This document shows, piece by piece, positions 15,792 to 24,395 of a stretch of 44,465 bases of DNA. Origin of the DNA: an uncultured Sphingomonas sp. (GTDB lineage Bacteria > Pseudomonadota > Alphaproteobacteria > Sphingomonadales > Sphingomonadaceae). Location: positions 1 to 44,465 of the forward strand of contig CAXTVB010000001.1 in assembly GCA_964247555.1 (NCBI GenBank). Reading direction: 5' to 3'. Each line of letters begins with the position of its first letter. Within the stretch, counting starts at the first letter, position 1. The notes beneath the pieces are model-generated. The model did not search any database, was not told the origin of the DNA, and was given only the letters and a program-made list of their open reading frames with translations. A program made the translations under genes and the position numbers.

Positions 15792-17396
15792 ATGCATGCC
15801 TTCGCCGCGCTGATCGATGCGCTCGTCTACACCCGGTCGCGCAACGCGAAGCTGAAGCTGATCGGCGATTACCTGATCGCCACGCCCGATCCCGATCGCG
15901 GCTGGGCGATGGCGGCGCTGACCGGCGATCTCGATCTGCCGGGGGTGAAGTCCGCCGCGATCCGCGCGCTGATCGAAGCGCGGACCGATCCGGTGCTGTT
16001 CCGGATGAGCCGTGACTATGTCGGCGATACCGCGGAGACGGTAGCGCTGTTGTGGCCGACGCCGCCCGTGCCGCTCGATCCGGAGCCCTTGTCGATCTCC
16101 GCGGTCGTCGACCGGCTGATGACCCTGTCGCGTTCCGACGCGCCGGGAGCGCTTGCGGCGATGCTCGACCGATGCGATGCGGAGGAACGGTATGCGCTGC
16201 TGAAGATGGCGACCGGTGGGCTGCGTATCGGCGTCTCCGCCCGACTGGCCAAAACCGCGCTGGCGACCGCGTTCGGGATCGAGGTCGATGCGGTGGAGGA
16301 GGTCTGGCATGGGCTGACCCCGCCCTACACCTCGCTGTTCGCCTGGGCGGAGGGGCGTGGCGATCAGCCGACTACCGCGGACGTGCCCGTGTTCCGGCCG
16401 TTCATGCTCGCGCACCCGCTGGAGGATTTGCGCGTCGACCTCGCCGATTATGCCGCGGAATGGAAGTGGGACGGCATTCGCGTCCAGATCGTCCATGTCG
16501 CCGGCGTCACGCGGCTGTACAGCCGGACCGGCGACGACGTGACGGGCAGCTTCCCCGATGTCGCCGCGGCCTTCTCCACGCCGGGCGTCGTCGACGGCGA
16601 ATTGCTGGTGAAGGGCGCATTCCAGGGGGGCGAGCTGGAAGATGGCGGCGGCGCCGCCAGCTTCAACGCGTTGCAGCAGCGACTGGGGCGCAAGACCGTC
16701 TCGGTAAGGATGCTCGCGGAGTATCCCGCCTTCGTCCGGCTCTACGACATATTGTTCGACGGCCAGGAGGATTGGCGGGCGCTCCCCTGGACCGAGCGGC
16801 GCGGACGGCTGGAGGCGTTTGCCGATGCACTCGACCCCGACCGGTTCGATCTCAGCCAGGTGATCGACGCGAAGGACTTTTCCGCGCTCGAGGCGATCCG
16901 CGCCGGCGCGCGCGATGCCGCGATCGAGGGGGTGATGCTCAAGCGCCGCGACTCGGCTTATGTGACGGGGCGGCGCGCGGGACTGTGGTATAAATGGAAG
17001 CGAGATCCGCTGACCGCGGACTGCGTCATCATGTACGCGCAACGCGGCAACGGTCGCCGTTCGAGCTGGTACAGCGATTACAGCTTCGGCTGCTGGACCG
17101 CGCCGCCGGAGGACGGCGGCGAGCTGTTGCCGGTGGGTAAGGCCTATTCCGGGATCACCGACGAAGAACTGAAGATGCTCGACTCGTTCGTGCGCAACCA
17201 TACGACCGCCCGCTTCGGTCCGGTGCGCGAGGTCGAGAAGACGCTGGTCCTGGAGATCGCCTTCGATTCGATCCACGCGTCGAAGCGGCACAAGTCGGGT
17301 GTCGCGATGCGCTTCCCGCGGATCGCGCGGATCCGGACCGACAAGCCCGCCGCGGAGGCAGACCTGATCGATACACTCAAGCGGATGGCGACCTGA
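15792..17396 (+). CDS. ATP-dependent DNA ligase of the ligase-associated DNA damage response system
   Basis: EWKWDGIR (adenylated Lys), DGEL, EGVMLK, WYKWK, YAQRGNGRRSS, SKRHKSGVAMRFPRI. Confidence 0.93.
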   Translation: MHAFAALIDALVYTRSRNAKLKLIGDYLIATPDPDRGWAMAALTGDLDLPGVKSAAIRALIEARTDPVLFRMSRDYVGDTAETVALLWPTPPVPLDPEPLSISAVVDRLMTLSRSDAPGALAAMLDRCDAEERYALLKMATGGLRIGVSARLAKTALATAFGIEVDAVEEVWHGLTPPYTSLFAWAEGRGDQPTTADVPVFRPFMLAHPLEDLRVDLADYAAEWKWDGIRVQIVHVAGVTRLYSRTGDDVTGSFPDVAAAFSTPGVVDGELLVKGAFQGGELEDGGGAASFNALQQRLGRKTVSVRMLAEYPAFVRLYDILFDGQEDWRALPWTERRGRLEAFADALDPDRFDLSQVIDAKDFSALEAIRAGARDAAIEGVMLKRRDSAYVTGRRAGLWYKWKRDPLTADCVIMYAQRGNGRRSSWYSDYSFGCWTAPPEDGGELLPVGKAYSGITDEELKMLDSFVRNHTTARFGPVREVEKTLVLEIAFDSIHASKRHKSGVAMRFPRIARIRTDKPAAEADLIDTLKRMAT

Positions 17397-17533
17397 CCGG
17401 TAGACGCGCGACTGTTTCGCAATAGCGACCCAATGCCGCGCTAGTTGATAATGGTTCTTATAACTAACCCGGCAAGTATACCGATAACAATACTTAAGAA
17501 CGTCTCGCAGCAAAGGTTTTACTCTTGTACTGT

Positions 17534-17559
17534 GGAACGAACCGTCGCTAAGCGATGTT
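17534..17559 (+). promoter_or_regulatory. Putative EcfG promoter
   Basis: GGAAC-N17-TGTT, 30 bp upstream of the ORF at 17589. Confidence 0.5.
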
Positions 17560-17588
17560 CATAGCCTATCTTTGCTTGGAGATACACC

Positions 17589-17777
17589 ATGCCGCTCAAG
17601 ACCGCCGACACCGCCGCATGCGAAAAGTGCAAGTTCTTCGATGCGAAGGGCAGCGCCGATCTCGGCCTGTGCCGTTACAACCCGCCGATCAGCCAGCCGA
17701 GCGGCGACACCGCGGGAGTATGGCCCAAGGTCGAGGCCAACGACTGGTGCGGTCATTTCGAAGCGGTCGCCGCCTGA
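17589..17777 (+). CDS. Small four-cysteine protein (CxxC...C...DWC)
   Basis: GGAGA RBS, normal codon usage, own promoter and terminator; CEKCKFF...GLCRYNPP...WPKVEANDWCGHF. Confidence 0.85.
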   Translation: MPLKTADTAACEKCKFFDAKGSADLGLCRYNPPISQPSGDTAGVWPKVEANDWCGHFEAVAA

Positions 17778-17799
17778 CTGTCGACGATTGGATGAACGG

Positions 17800-17834
17800 G
17801 CCGGCCGCAACCTTCGAGTTGTGGCCGGCTTTTT
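17800..17834 (+). terminator. Rho-independent terminator
   Basis: gccggccgcaac-cttcga-gttgtggccggc followed by ttttt. Confidence 0.85.
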
Positions 17835-17871
17835 CGTGGGACGGGCCGGCGGCGGCGCACGTCGAGACGTG

Positions 17872-17914
17872 TTGACGTCGGCGGCCACTGATGTAAGTGA
17901 TAGTCATTCTCATT
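17872..17914 (+). promoter_or_regulatory. Putative promoter (-35 TTGACG) with Fur-like box
   Basis: aagtgatagtcattctcatt (17895-17914) resembles the Fur consensus aATGATAATcATTATCAtt; an AT-rich island just before the RBS. Confidence 0.6.
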
Positions 17915-17928
17915 AGAGGGTGACCTGC

Positions 17929-18285
17929 ATGTACGACCTGATCGACCGCCCGATCGCCGACCTGCCCGCGTTCGAACGCGGCGTGATCGATGTGACCCGG
18001 CGTTGGGTTCATGCCTTCAGCGTCGCGGGCATGCCTGTCGTCGATGGTCCTGATGCGCTGAACGATGCGATGCACGCGCTGGACCGGGGGTCCGCGCAGG
18101 ACATCGTGATCCCGCGCCCCTGCTTTGCAACCGTCGAGGAAACCGAAGCGGTGATCGTCGGGCTATGGCGGCTGGTGCGCGACGGGCGATCGGACGCTGC
18201 GTATGCGCTCGCCGCGGGACTGGTCGACGACGATCATGTCGATGCGCTGCTGGGCGGAATCGCGCGGACGATCGCGAAGGGGTGA
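17929..18285 (+). CDS. Hypothetical protein, possibly iron-regulated
   Basis: GAGGG RBS, good codon bias, MYDLIDRP...RPCFATVEETEA. Confidence 0.75.
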   Translation: MYDLIDRPIADLPAFERGVIDVTRRWVHAFSVAGMPVVDGPDALNDAMHALDRGSAQDIVIPRPCFATVEETEAVIVGLWRLVRDGRSDAAYALAAGLVDDDHVDALLGGIARTIAKG

Positions 18286-18346
18286 GGTCGTTGGGCGACG
18301 GCGCCTGTCGCTCCATCGGCTATCGTATCCGTCGACCTTCATACTG

Positions 18347-18427
18347 CCGTTCTCCCCCGGCAACGGAAGCCTAGGGTCACGAGCGATTCTGCATGTGGCC
18401 CTTACGCCCCCGTTTTCGCAGAGCACG
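18347..18427. repeat. Degenerate palindromic repeat (family C)
   Basis: ccgttctcc...cctagggtcac...gtggccctt...cccccgttttcgc; alignable by eye with 35852-35930. Confidence 0.6.
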
Positions 18428-18484
18428 ATGTTGCTCAAGAACACGGATCGCTTTGGCGGTTGTCGCGCCGAAGCCAGCCCCCTC

Positions 18485-18580
18485 TCCGGCGAAGGCCGGG
18501 GCCAATTACGGCACGATTATTTTACGCTGGAGGTCGGCCATCGCGTGACCTTCGCCGTTGGACCGCGGCCTTCGCCGGGG
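18485..18580. repeat. Palindromic repeat (family B)
   Basis: ccggcgaaggccgggg...cggccttcgccgggg arms. Confidence 0.7.
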
Positions 18581-18657
18581 CGTTCTGCAAGCGACGGCCC
18601 GTACGTAGACCGACACGACCACCGAACCACAACCGACAAGCGGTACGTGCTTACGCC

Positions 18658-19440
18658 TTAATGTAGCCGGATCTGGAACAACGTCTTCCAGTTCTTCCCC
18701 GTCACGAACAGCCGGTCGCCCTTCGCGTCGTAGGCGATGCCGTTCAGCACGGCGTCGCGGCCGCTCGCGCCGACCGAATCGCGCAGCGGTCGCAGGTCGA
18801 TCAGCGCCTTGATGCGGCCGGTCGCCGGGTCGATGCGCGCGATCGTCGCGGTTTCCCAGATGTTCGCCAGGATCTCGCCCTTCACCCATTCGACCTCGTT
18901 GAGGTTCACGACGGGAGTGCCGTCCGCCAGCGTGACCGTGATCGTCCGCTTTTCCGCAAAGGTCGCGGGGTCGCGGAAGCGCAGGACCGCGCTGCCGTCC
19001 GACTGGACGAAACCCTCGGGCGTTTCCGCCAGGCCCCAGCCTTCGCCGGGATAGCGGAAGCTGCCGGTCTGCTTCAGCGTCGCGCGCGTCCAGCGGAAAC
19101 CGATGCCGGTGCGCCACGTCATGCTGACGATCTCGCCATGCCAGGGGGCGATGCCCTCCCCGAACAGCGCCGGCGGCAGGGCGGTGCGGGCCAGCACCTT
19201 GCCATCCGTCAGGCGGACGCGGCGGATGTCGGACTGGCGCTCCATTCCCGTGCTTTCGTACAGGAACCCCTCCGACCAGAAGAGGCCTTCGGTGAACGCG
19301 GCGGTGTCGTGCGGGTAGCGGGCGACGATCGTCGCGCCCTGCATCGGCGTGCCGTGGACCAGCGTCACGCTACCGCTCGGTACGGCTTGGGGCGTGGCCG
19401 GTGAGGCGCCGGCGAGCGAAAGGATCAGGACGGCGGACAT
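18658..19440 (-). CDS. Glutaminyl-peptide cyclotransferase (beta-propeller type), exported
   Basis: YPHDTAAFTEGL, LYESTG, FGEG, GEGWGL, SDGS, LNEVE, ANIW, VLNGIAYD, VTGKNW; start uncertain. Confidence 0.9.
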   Translation of the reverse strand: MSAVLILSLAGASPATPQAVPSGSVTLVHGTPMQGATIVARYPHDTAAFTEGLFWSEGFLYESTGMERQSDIRRVRLTDGKVLARTALPPALFGEGIAPWHGEIVSMTWRTGIGFRWTRATLKQTGSFRYPGEGWGLAETPEGFVQSDGSAVLRFRDPATFAEKRTITVTLADGTPVVNLNEVEWVKGEILANIWETATIARIDPATGRIKALIDLRPLRDSVGASGRDAVLNGIAYDAKGDRLFVTGKNWKTLFQIRLH

Positions 19441-19514
19441 GACGAGGCCCGGCCCGCGTCGCCGCGAGCCGGGCCCTGAGGTCACTGCCGACCGCCGGAG
19501 CGGTCGCATTCGGA

Positions 19515-20342
19515 TCAGCCCGCCGCCTGCAGGTTGACCGCGGCGTACTTGCCGCGACGATCGACCTCGAGCTCGAACTCGAGCTTGTCGCCCTCGTTCA
19601 GCGTCGACATGCCCGCACGCTCGACCGCGGAGATGTGGACGAACGCGTCCGGCTGCCCGTCGTCGCGCTGGATGAAGCCGAAGCCCTTCATCGCGTTGAA
19701 GAACTTGACCGTGCCGGTCGCCTTCTCGCCGGTCAGTTGGCGCTGCGCGCCGCCGCCTGCGGGAGCGCCGCCACGCGCTCCGCCGGGGGCGGCCGCATCA
19801 CGCTCGCGCGGCGGGCCGCGGTCGGTGACGGGCATCGGTTCGCCGTCGATCTTCAGATCGGTCGCGGAGATGCGGCCGCCGCGATCGACGAGCGTGAAGC
19901 CCAGCGGCTGACCTTCGGCCAGGCCGGTGAGGCCCGCCTGCTCGACCGCGGAGATGTGGATGAACACGTCTTCGCCGCCGTCATCGCGAACGACGAAGCC
20001 GAACCCCTTCTGGCCGTTGAAGAACTTGACCACGCCGGTGCCTTCGCCGACGACCTGGGGGGGCATGCCGCGGCCACCGCCGCCGCCGCCGCCACTGAAG
20101 CCGCCGCCACCGCCGCCGCCGCCGCTGCGGAAACCACCGCCACCGCCGCCACCACCGACGCCGCCGCCACCACCGCCGAAGCGATCGCCGCCGCCGCCGC
20201 AATAGCTGCTGCCGCCACCGCAGCGATCGCCGCCGCCGCTGTTGAAGCCGCCGCCGCCGCCGAAGTCATCGCCACCGAAGCCGTCGCGCTTGTCGCGCCC
20301 ACGTCCGCCACGATTGCCGCGGCCACCCTTGTCGAAACTCAT
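19515..20342 (-). CDS. Cold-shock protein with two CSDs and a Gly/RGG-rich N-terminal tail
   Basis: Two copies of VKFFN...KGFGF...D.F.HISAVE; about 95-aa glycine-rich N-terminus from MSFDKGG. Confidence 0.92.
   Translation of the reverse strand: MSFDKGGRGNRGGRGRDKRDGFGGDDFGGGGGFNSGGGDRCGGGSSYCGGGGDRFGGGGGGVGGGGGGGGFRSGGGGGGGGFSGGGGGGGRGMPPQVVGEGTGVVKFFNGQKGFGFVVRDDGGEDVFIHISAVEQAGLTGLAEGQPLGFTLVDRGGRISATDLKIDGEPMPVTDRGPPRERDAAAPGGARGGAPAGGGAQRQLTGEKATGTVKFFNAMKGFGFIQRDDGQPDAFVHISAVERAGMSTLNEGDKLEFELEVDRRGKYAAVNLQAAG
20068..20330. repeat. Low-complexity (GGC/GGT)n tract encoding poly-Gly
   Basis: Runs of ccg/cca triplets on the + strand. Confidence 0.85.
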
Positions 20343-20554
20343 AACCCTGTTCGTCTTCCCGGTTCGCCCGAACCAACCCGTCAAGAACCTTCGCGCCGGA
20401 CGACGAACGCGGTCCTTCGGACGCCAAACCTTTTGCGCCACGGGACTCGGCATAGCGCAAAGCGCAAGTCCCTGCGAATAAAATCTCCAGGGTGGCGGGT
20501 GCGGCGCCGTCGATCCTTGCGCAACCGCGGCAGCGACGCCACACACGACATGAC

Positions 20555-21340
20555 ATGACCGTCATCTTCGACCTTCTCGCCAGCCCCGCCGCCTGGGCCG
20601 CGCTCCTGACCCTCGTCGTGCTGGAGATCGTGCTCGGCATCGACAATCTGATCTTCGTATCGATCCTGTCGAACAAGCTGCCCGAGGCGAAGCGCAGCAG
20701 CGTGCGCCGGATCGGCATCGCGCTGGCGCTGGTGATGCGGCTGGTCCTGCTGTCGATGATCGCCTGGATCGTGGGGCTGACCGCACCGGTGTTCGACCTG
20801 GGCATAACCGGGCCGGTCGGCGCCCACGGCGAACCGACGTTCGACACCGCCTTTTCGTGGCGCGACCTGATCCTGATCGCGGGCGGGCTGTTCCTGGTCT
20901 GGAAGGCGACGCGCGAGATCCACACGACGATGGAAGGGGAGGGGCATGCATCGCCCGCTCCCGGCGCGATCGGCGCGGCGACGCTGTCGGTCGGATCGGC
21001 GATCGTACAGATCATCGCGCTCGACATGGTGTTCTCGATCGATTCGATCCTGACCGCGGTCGGCATGACCGATCAGTTGCCGATCATGGTCGCCGCGGTC
21101 GTCATCGCGGTCGGGGTCATGATGCTGGCGGCGGATCCGCTGGCGAACTTCATCGCGCGCCACCCGAGCGTGGTGATGCTGGCGCTGGCGTTCCTCCTGA
21201 TGATCGGGTTGGTCCTGATCGCGGACGGGTTCGGCGTGCATGTGCCCAAGGGGTATATCTACGCCGCGATGGCGTTTTCGGCGCTGGTCGAGACGCTGAA
21301 CATCCTCGCGCGGGGCCGGCGGGCGAAGGCCGGGCATTGA
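20555..21340 (+). CDS. TerC family membrane protein
   Basis: [33 protein letters not shown]. Confidence 0.92.
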   Translation: MTVIFDLLASPAAWAALLTLVVLEIVLGIDNLIFVSILSNKLPEAKRSSVRRIGIALALVMRLVLLSMIAWIVGLTAPVFDLGITGPVGAHGEPTFDTAFSWRDLILIAGGLFLVWKATREIHTTMEGEGHASPAPGAIGAATLSVGSAIVQIIALDMVFSIDSILTAVGMTDQLPIMVAAVVIAVGVMMLAADPLANFIARHPSVVMLALAFLLMIGLVLIADGFGVHVPKGYIYAAMAFSALVETLNILARGRRAKAGH

Positions 21341-21371
21341 GCGCGACGCCGCACGCGGCTAGGGCCGGGTG

Positions 21372-21992
21372 ATGACCGTCCATTTCCATGAAGAAGACAT
21401 CCCCGCCGATCTGTTCGCGCCGCTCGCGTCGATCGCGGTCGATACCGAGACGATGGGGCTGATCACGCCGCGCGACCGGTTGTGCGTCGTGCAATTGTCC
21501 GATGGCGGCCCCGACGAGCATCTGGTCCGCTTCGCCGCGGGCGGCGACTATGCCGCACCCAATCTCAAAGCGCTGCTCGGCGATCCGGCGCGGCTGAAGC
21601 TGTATCATTTCGGCCGGTTCGATATCGCCGCGCTGCAATATTATCTGGGCATCGTCGCCGCGCCCGCCTGGGACACCAAGATCGCGTCGCGACTGATCCG
21701 CACCTATACCGATCGCCACGGGTTGAAGGAGCTGGTCCGCGAATTGCTGTCGCAGGAATTGTCCAAGGTGCAGCAATCGTCCGACTGGGGCGGGCCCGCT
21801 TTGTCCGACGCGCAGAAGGATTACGCCGCGTCCGACGTGCGCTTCCTCCACCGTTTGAAGGACGAACTGGAACGGCGGCTGGTGCGCGAGGGGCGGATGG
21901 ACCTGGCGCAGGCCTGTTTCGATTTCCTGCCGTCGCGCGCCGCACTGGATATCGCGGGCTGGCCAGAGATCGACATCTTCGCGCATGCGTGA
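21372..21992 (+). CDS. rnd: Ribonuclease D-like 3'-5' exonuclease
   Basis: AVDTETMGL, RDRLCVVQL, HFGRFD, DTKIASRL, QSSDW, YAASDV (DEDDy). Confidence 0.9.
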   Translation: MTVHFHEEDIPADLFAPLASIAVDTETMGLITPRDRLCVVQLSDGGPDEHLVRFAAGGDYAAPNLKALLGDPARLKLYHFGRFDIAALQYYLGIVAAPAWDTKIASRLIRTYTDRHGLKELVRELLSQELSKVQQSSDWGGPALSDAQKDYAASDVRFLHRLKDELERRLVREGRMDLAQACFDFLPSRAALDIAGWPEIDIFAHA

Positions 21993-22023
21993 GGTCGCAT
22001 CGCCCGTCGCATCACGCCCCATC

Positions 22024-22131
22024 CGACACATAGGCCTCGTGCCGGGGTCCATCGTGCCGCGAGCAAACGGAAAGAGCCTCTTTCCGCTGCACGCGCGGCG
22101 AAATGGACCCCGGCGCAAGGCCTGGGTGACG
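22024..22131. repeat. Palindromic repeat (family A)
   Basis: Perfect 12-bp IR gccggggtccat (22041-22052) / atggaccccggc (22103-22114); right end ggcctgggtgacg. Confidence 0.75.
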
Positions 22132-22165
22132 ATGGTTTGTCGCTCGGCGTTCGAAGCCACCCCCC

Positions 22166-22804
22166 ATGTCTGACATCGCCCGCCAGGTCCGGTCGCAGCG
22201 GCAGGACTGGGCCGCGCCCGGCAGCCGTCACGATCGGGTCGTGTCCACCGCGCGGGTGCTGCTGCCGATCGGGATCGGCGTGATGGTGGCGTTCCTGATG
22301 CTCGCCCCGCTGATGAACGTCGGCGAGGCGTCGTTCGTGCTCGACAAGAACAAGGTCGATGTCGCGAAGGAGCGGCTGAAGATCCAGGCCGCGCAATATC
22401 GTGGCGAGGATCAGAAGGGCCAGCCCTTCGACCTGACCGCCAAATCCGCGATCCAGCACAGTTCCGCCGAACCGATCGTGCAGCTGACCGACCTCTCCGC
22501 ACGCGTCCAGCTGAGCGACGGCCCCGCCAACATCCACGCGGATTCGGGCGTGTACGACATGGACAGCGAGAAGGTGAAGCTGAACGGACCGCTGAACTTC
22601 ACCGGTCCCAAAGGCTATGATCTGAAGACGCAGGACGCGACGGTCGATCTGAAGACGCGGCAGATGCAGAGCGGCGGCGCGGTGACGGGGACGACGTCGC
22701 AGGGGACGTTCAGCGCGAATGCGATGCACGCCGACATGGAAAACCGCGTCGTGACGCTGGACGGCAATGCGCGCTTGCGGATCGTCCCGCGACGTACGAG
22801 ATAA
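22166..22804 (+). CDS. lptC: LptC family periplasmic transport protein
   Basis: Single TM, YRGEDQKGQPFDLTA, beta-jellyroll pattern; order lptC-lptA-lptB. Confidence 0.88.
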   Translation: MSDIARQVRSQRQDWAAPGSRHDRVVSTARVLLPIGIGVMVAFLMLAPLMNVGEASFVLDKNKVDVAKERLKIQAAQYRGEDQKGQPFDLTAKSAIQHSSAEPIVQLTDLSARVQLSDGPANIHADSGVYDMDSEKVKLNGPLNFTGPKGYDLKTQDATVDLKTRQMQSGGAVTGTTSQGTFSANAMHADMENRVVTLDGNARLRIVPRRTR

Positions 22805-22809
22805 CGGTT

Positions 22810-23343
22810 ATGCGGTTCTTCCCTCTCCTGGCCATTGCCTTGGCGACGCCTGCGATGGCGCAGACCAAGCACGATTCGACCGCGCCGATCAATTTCGATG
22901 CCGGGCATATCGAATTGCAGGACAAGGCGAACCGCGCGCTGCTGTCGGGCAATGTGGTCGTCAAGCAGGCGGAGATGACGCTGACCGCGCCGCGCATGAC
23001 CGTCGCCTATACGGGCCAGGTGGTCGACGGCAGCCCGCAGGTCTCTCGGCTCGATGCGTCGGGCGGGGTCACGGTCACGCGGCCGGGCCAGGTCGCGAAG
23101 AGCCAGTACGGCGTGTACGATCTGAACAAGCGAATCGTGACGATGCTCGGCGCGGTCTCGCTGACGCAGGGCGGCAACACGGTGCGCGGCGGTCGGCTGA
23201 CGATGGCGATGGATACCGGCCGCGCGGTAATCGACGGATCGTCGGTCGCGGGTGGCGCCAGTGGCGGTGCGGCGGGCGGCGTGGTGACGCAGGGCGGCGG
23301 CCGGGTCAGCGGCACCTTCTCGGTCCCCAAACGCAACAACTGA
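22810..23343 (+). CDS. lptA: LptA/OstA family protein
   Basis: Signal peptide, APINFDA, SGNVVVKQ, ASGGV, GGRL, GRVSGTF. Confidence 0.9.
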   Translation: MRFFPLLAIALATPAMAQTKHDSTAPINFDAGHIELQDKANRALLSGNVVVKQAEMTLTAPRMTVAYTGQVVDGSPQVSRLDASGGVTVTRPGQVAKSQYGVYDLNKRIVTMLGAVSLTQGGNTVRGGRLTMAMDTGRAVIDGSSVAGGASGGAAGGVVTQGGGRVSGTFSVPKRNN

Positions 23344-23456
23344 ACGCACCCGGCGCAGGGACCGCCGCTGCACGCGTACGATTCACGAACATGCAGGTTT
23401 CCTGCCAACCGCGTCCGCGGTAACGAGCGGTCAGCCCTTTCACGCGAGGTCCCGTC

Positions 23457-24239
23457 ATGGATGCCGTCACTTTGTCGCCGCGCGACGTCGCCGAACCGAC
23501 CCCGGAGCCGCCGATGACGCGCGGCCTGCAGGTCGTGTCGATCGCGAAATCCTACGACAAGCGTGTCGTCCTGTCCGACGTGTCGCTGTCGGTCGGCCGC
23601 GGCGAGGTCGTGGGGCTGCTGGGACCCAACGGTGCGGGCAAGACGACCAGCTTCTATTCGGTGATGGGCCTGGTGAAGCCCGATGCGGGTCGCATCATGC
23701 TCGACGGCGAGGATATCACCGGCCTGCCGATGTACCGCCGCGCGATCCTGGGGCTCGGTTATCTGCCGCAGGAAACGTCGATCTTCCGCGGGCTGTCGAT
23801 CGAGAAGAATATCCTGACCGTCCTCGAACTGTCCGAACCCGACAAGGTGGCGCGCCAGAAGAAGCTCGATACGCTGCTGGAGGAATTCGGCCTGACCCGC
23901 CTGCGCACCGCGCCCGCGATGGCGCTGTCGGGGGGCGAGCGCCGCCGCGCGGAAATCGCGCGCGCGCTGGCGGCGAGCCCGTCGATCATGCTGCTCGACG
24001 AACCCTTCGCGGGGATCGACCCGATCTCGATCGCCGACATCCGCGACCTGGTGAAGGACCTGCGACGGCGCGATATCGGCGTCCTCATTACCGATCACAA
24101 TGTCCGCGAGACGCTGGAGATCGTCGACCGGGCGTACATCATCTATGACGGGCGCGTGCTGTTCGCCGGGTCGCCCGCCGAACTGGTCGCGGACGCGAAC
24201 GTGCGCCGGCTGTACCTCGGCGAGACGTTTTCGCTCTAG
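23457..24239 (+). CDS. lptB: Lpt ABC transporter ATP-binding protein
   Basis: GPNGAGKTT, GYLPQE, LSGGERRRAEIAR, DEPFAGIDP, ITDHNVRETL, YLGE. Confidence 0.96.
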   Translation: MDAVTLSPRDVAEPTPEPPMTRGLQVVSIAKSYDKRVVLSDVSLSVGRGEVVGLLGPNGAGKTTSFYSVMGLVKPDAGRIMLDGEDITGLPMYRRAILGLGYLPQETSIFRGLSIEKNILTVLELSEPDKVARQKKLDTLLEEFGLTRLRTAPAMALSGGERRRAEIARALAASPSIMLLDEPFAGIDPISIADIRDLVKDLRRRDIGVLITDHNVRETLEIVDRAYIIYDGRVLFAGSPAELVADANVRRLYLGETFSL

Positions 24240-24262
24240 GGTGATGGGATTGGGGCTCTCTC

Positions 24263-24389
24263 AATCCTCCCCGCTCCGCGGGGAGGGGGACCGCGAAGCG
24301 GTGGAGGGGGCGGGCCTCAAGGGAATCGCTCGCGGAGCGCCCCCTCCACCAGCCTGCGGCTGGTCCCCCTCCCCGTCCCGGGGAGGATT
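24263..24389. repeat. Palindromic repeat (family D, aatcctcccc...ggggaggatt)
   Basis: Terminal IR plus ggggagggggacc...ggtggagggg / cccctccacc...ggtccccctcccc; ends 6 bp before the rpoN ATG. Confidence 0.85.
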
Positions 24390-24395
24390 TCTGCA

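Noticed and set aside
20150-20230. Cys and Val residues in the glycine tail (DRCGG, SYCGG, GVGG) as a metal or redox motif
   Set aside because: Each is one base from the expected Phe, Tyr or Gly codon inside an error-prone GGC tract; may be sequencing error
20343-20554. yybP-ykoY manganese riboswitch upstream of terC (or of the UPF0016 gene)
   Set aside because: I could not find the conserved GGGGAGUA/GAGAC-type core; the UPF0016 gene has only 8 bp of upstream spacer
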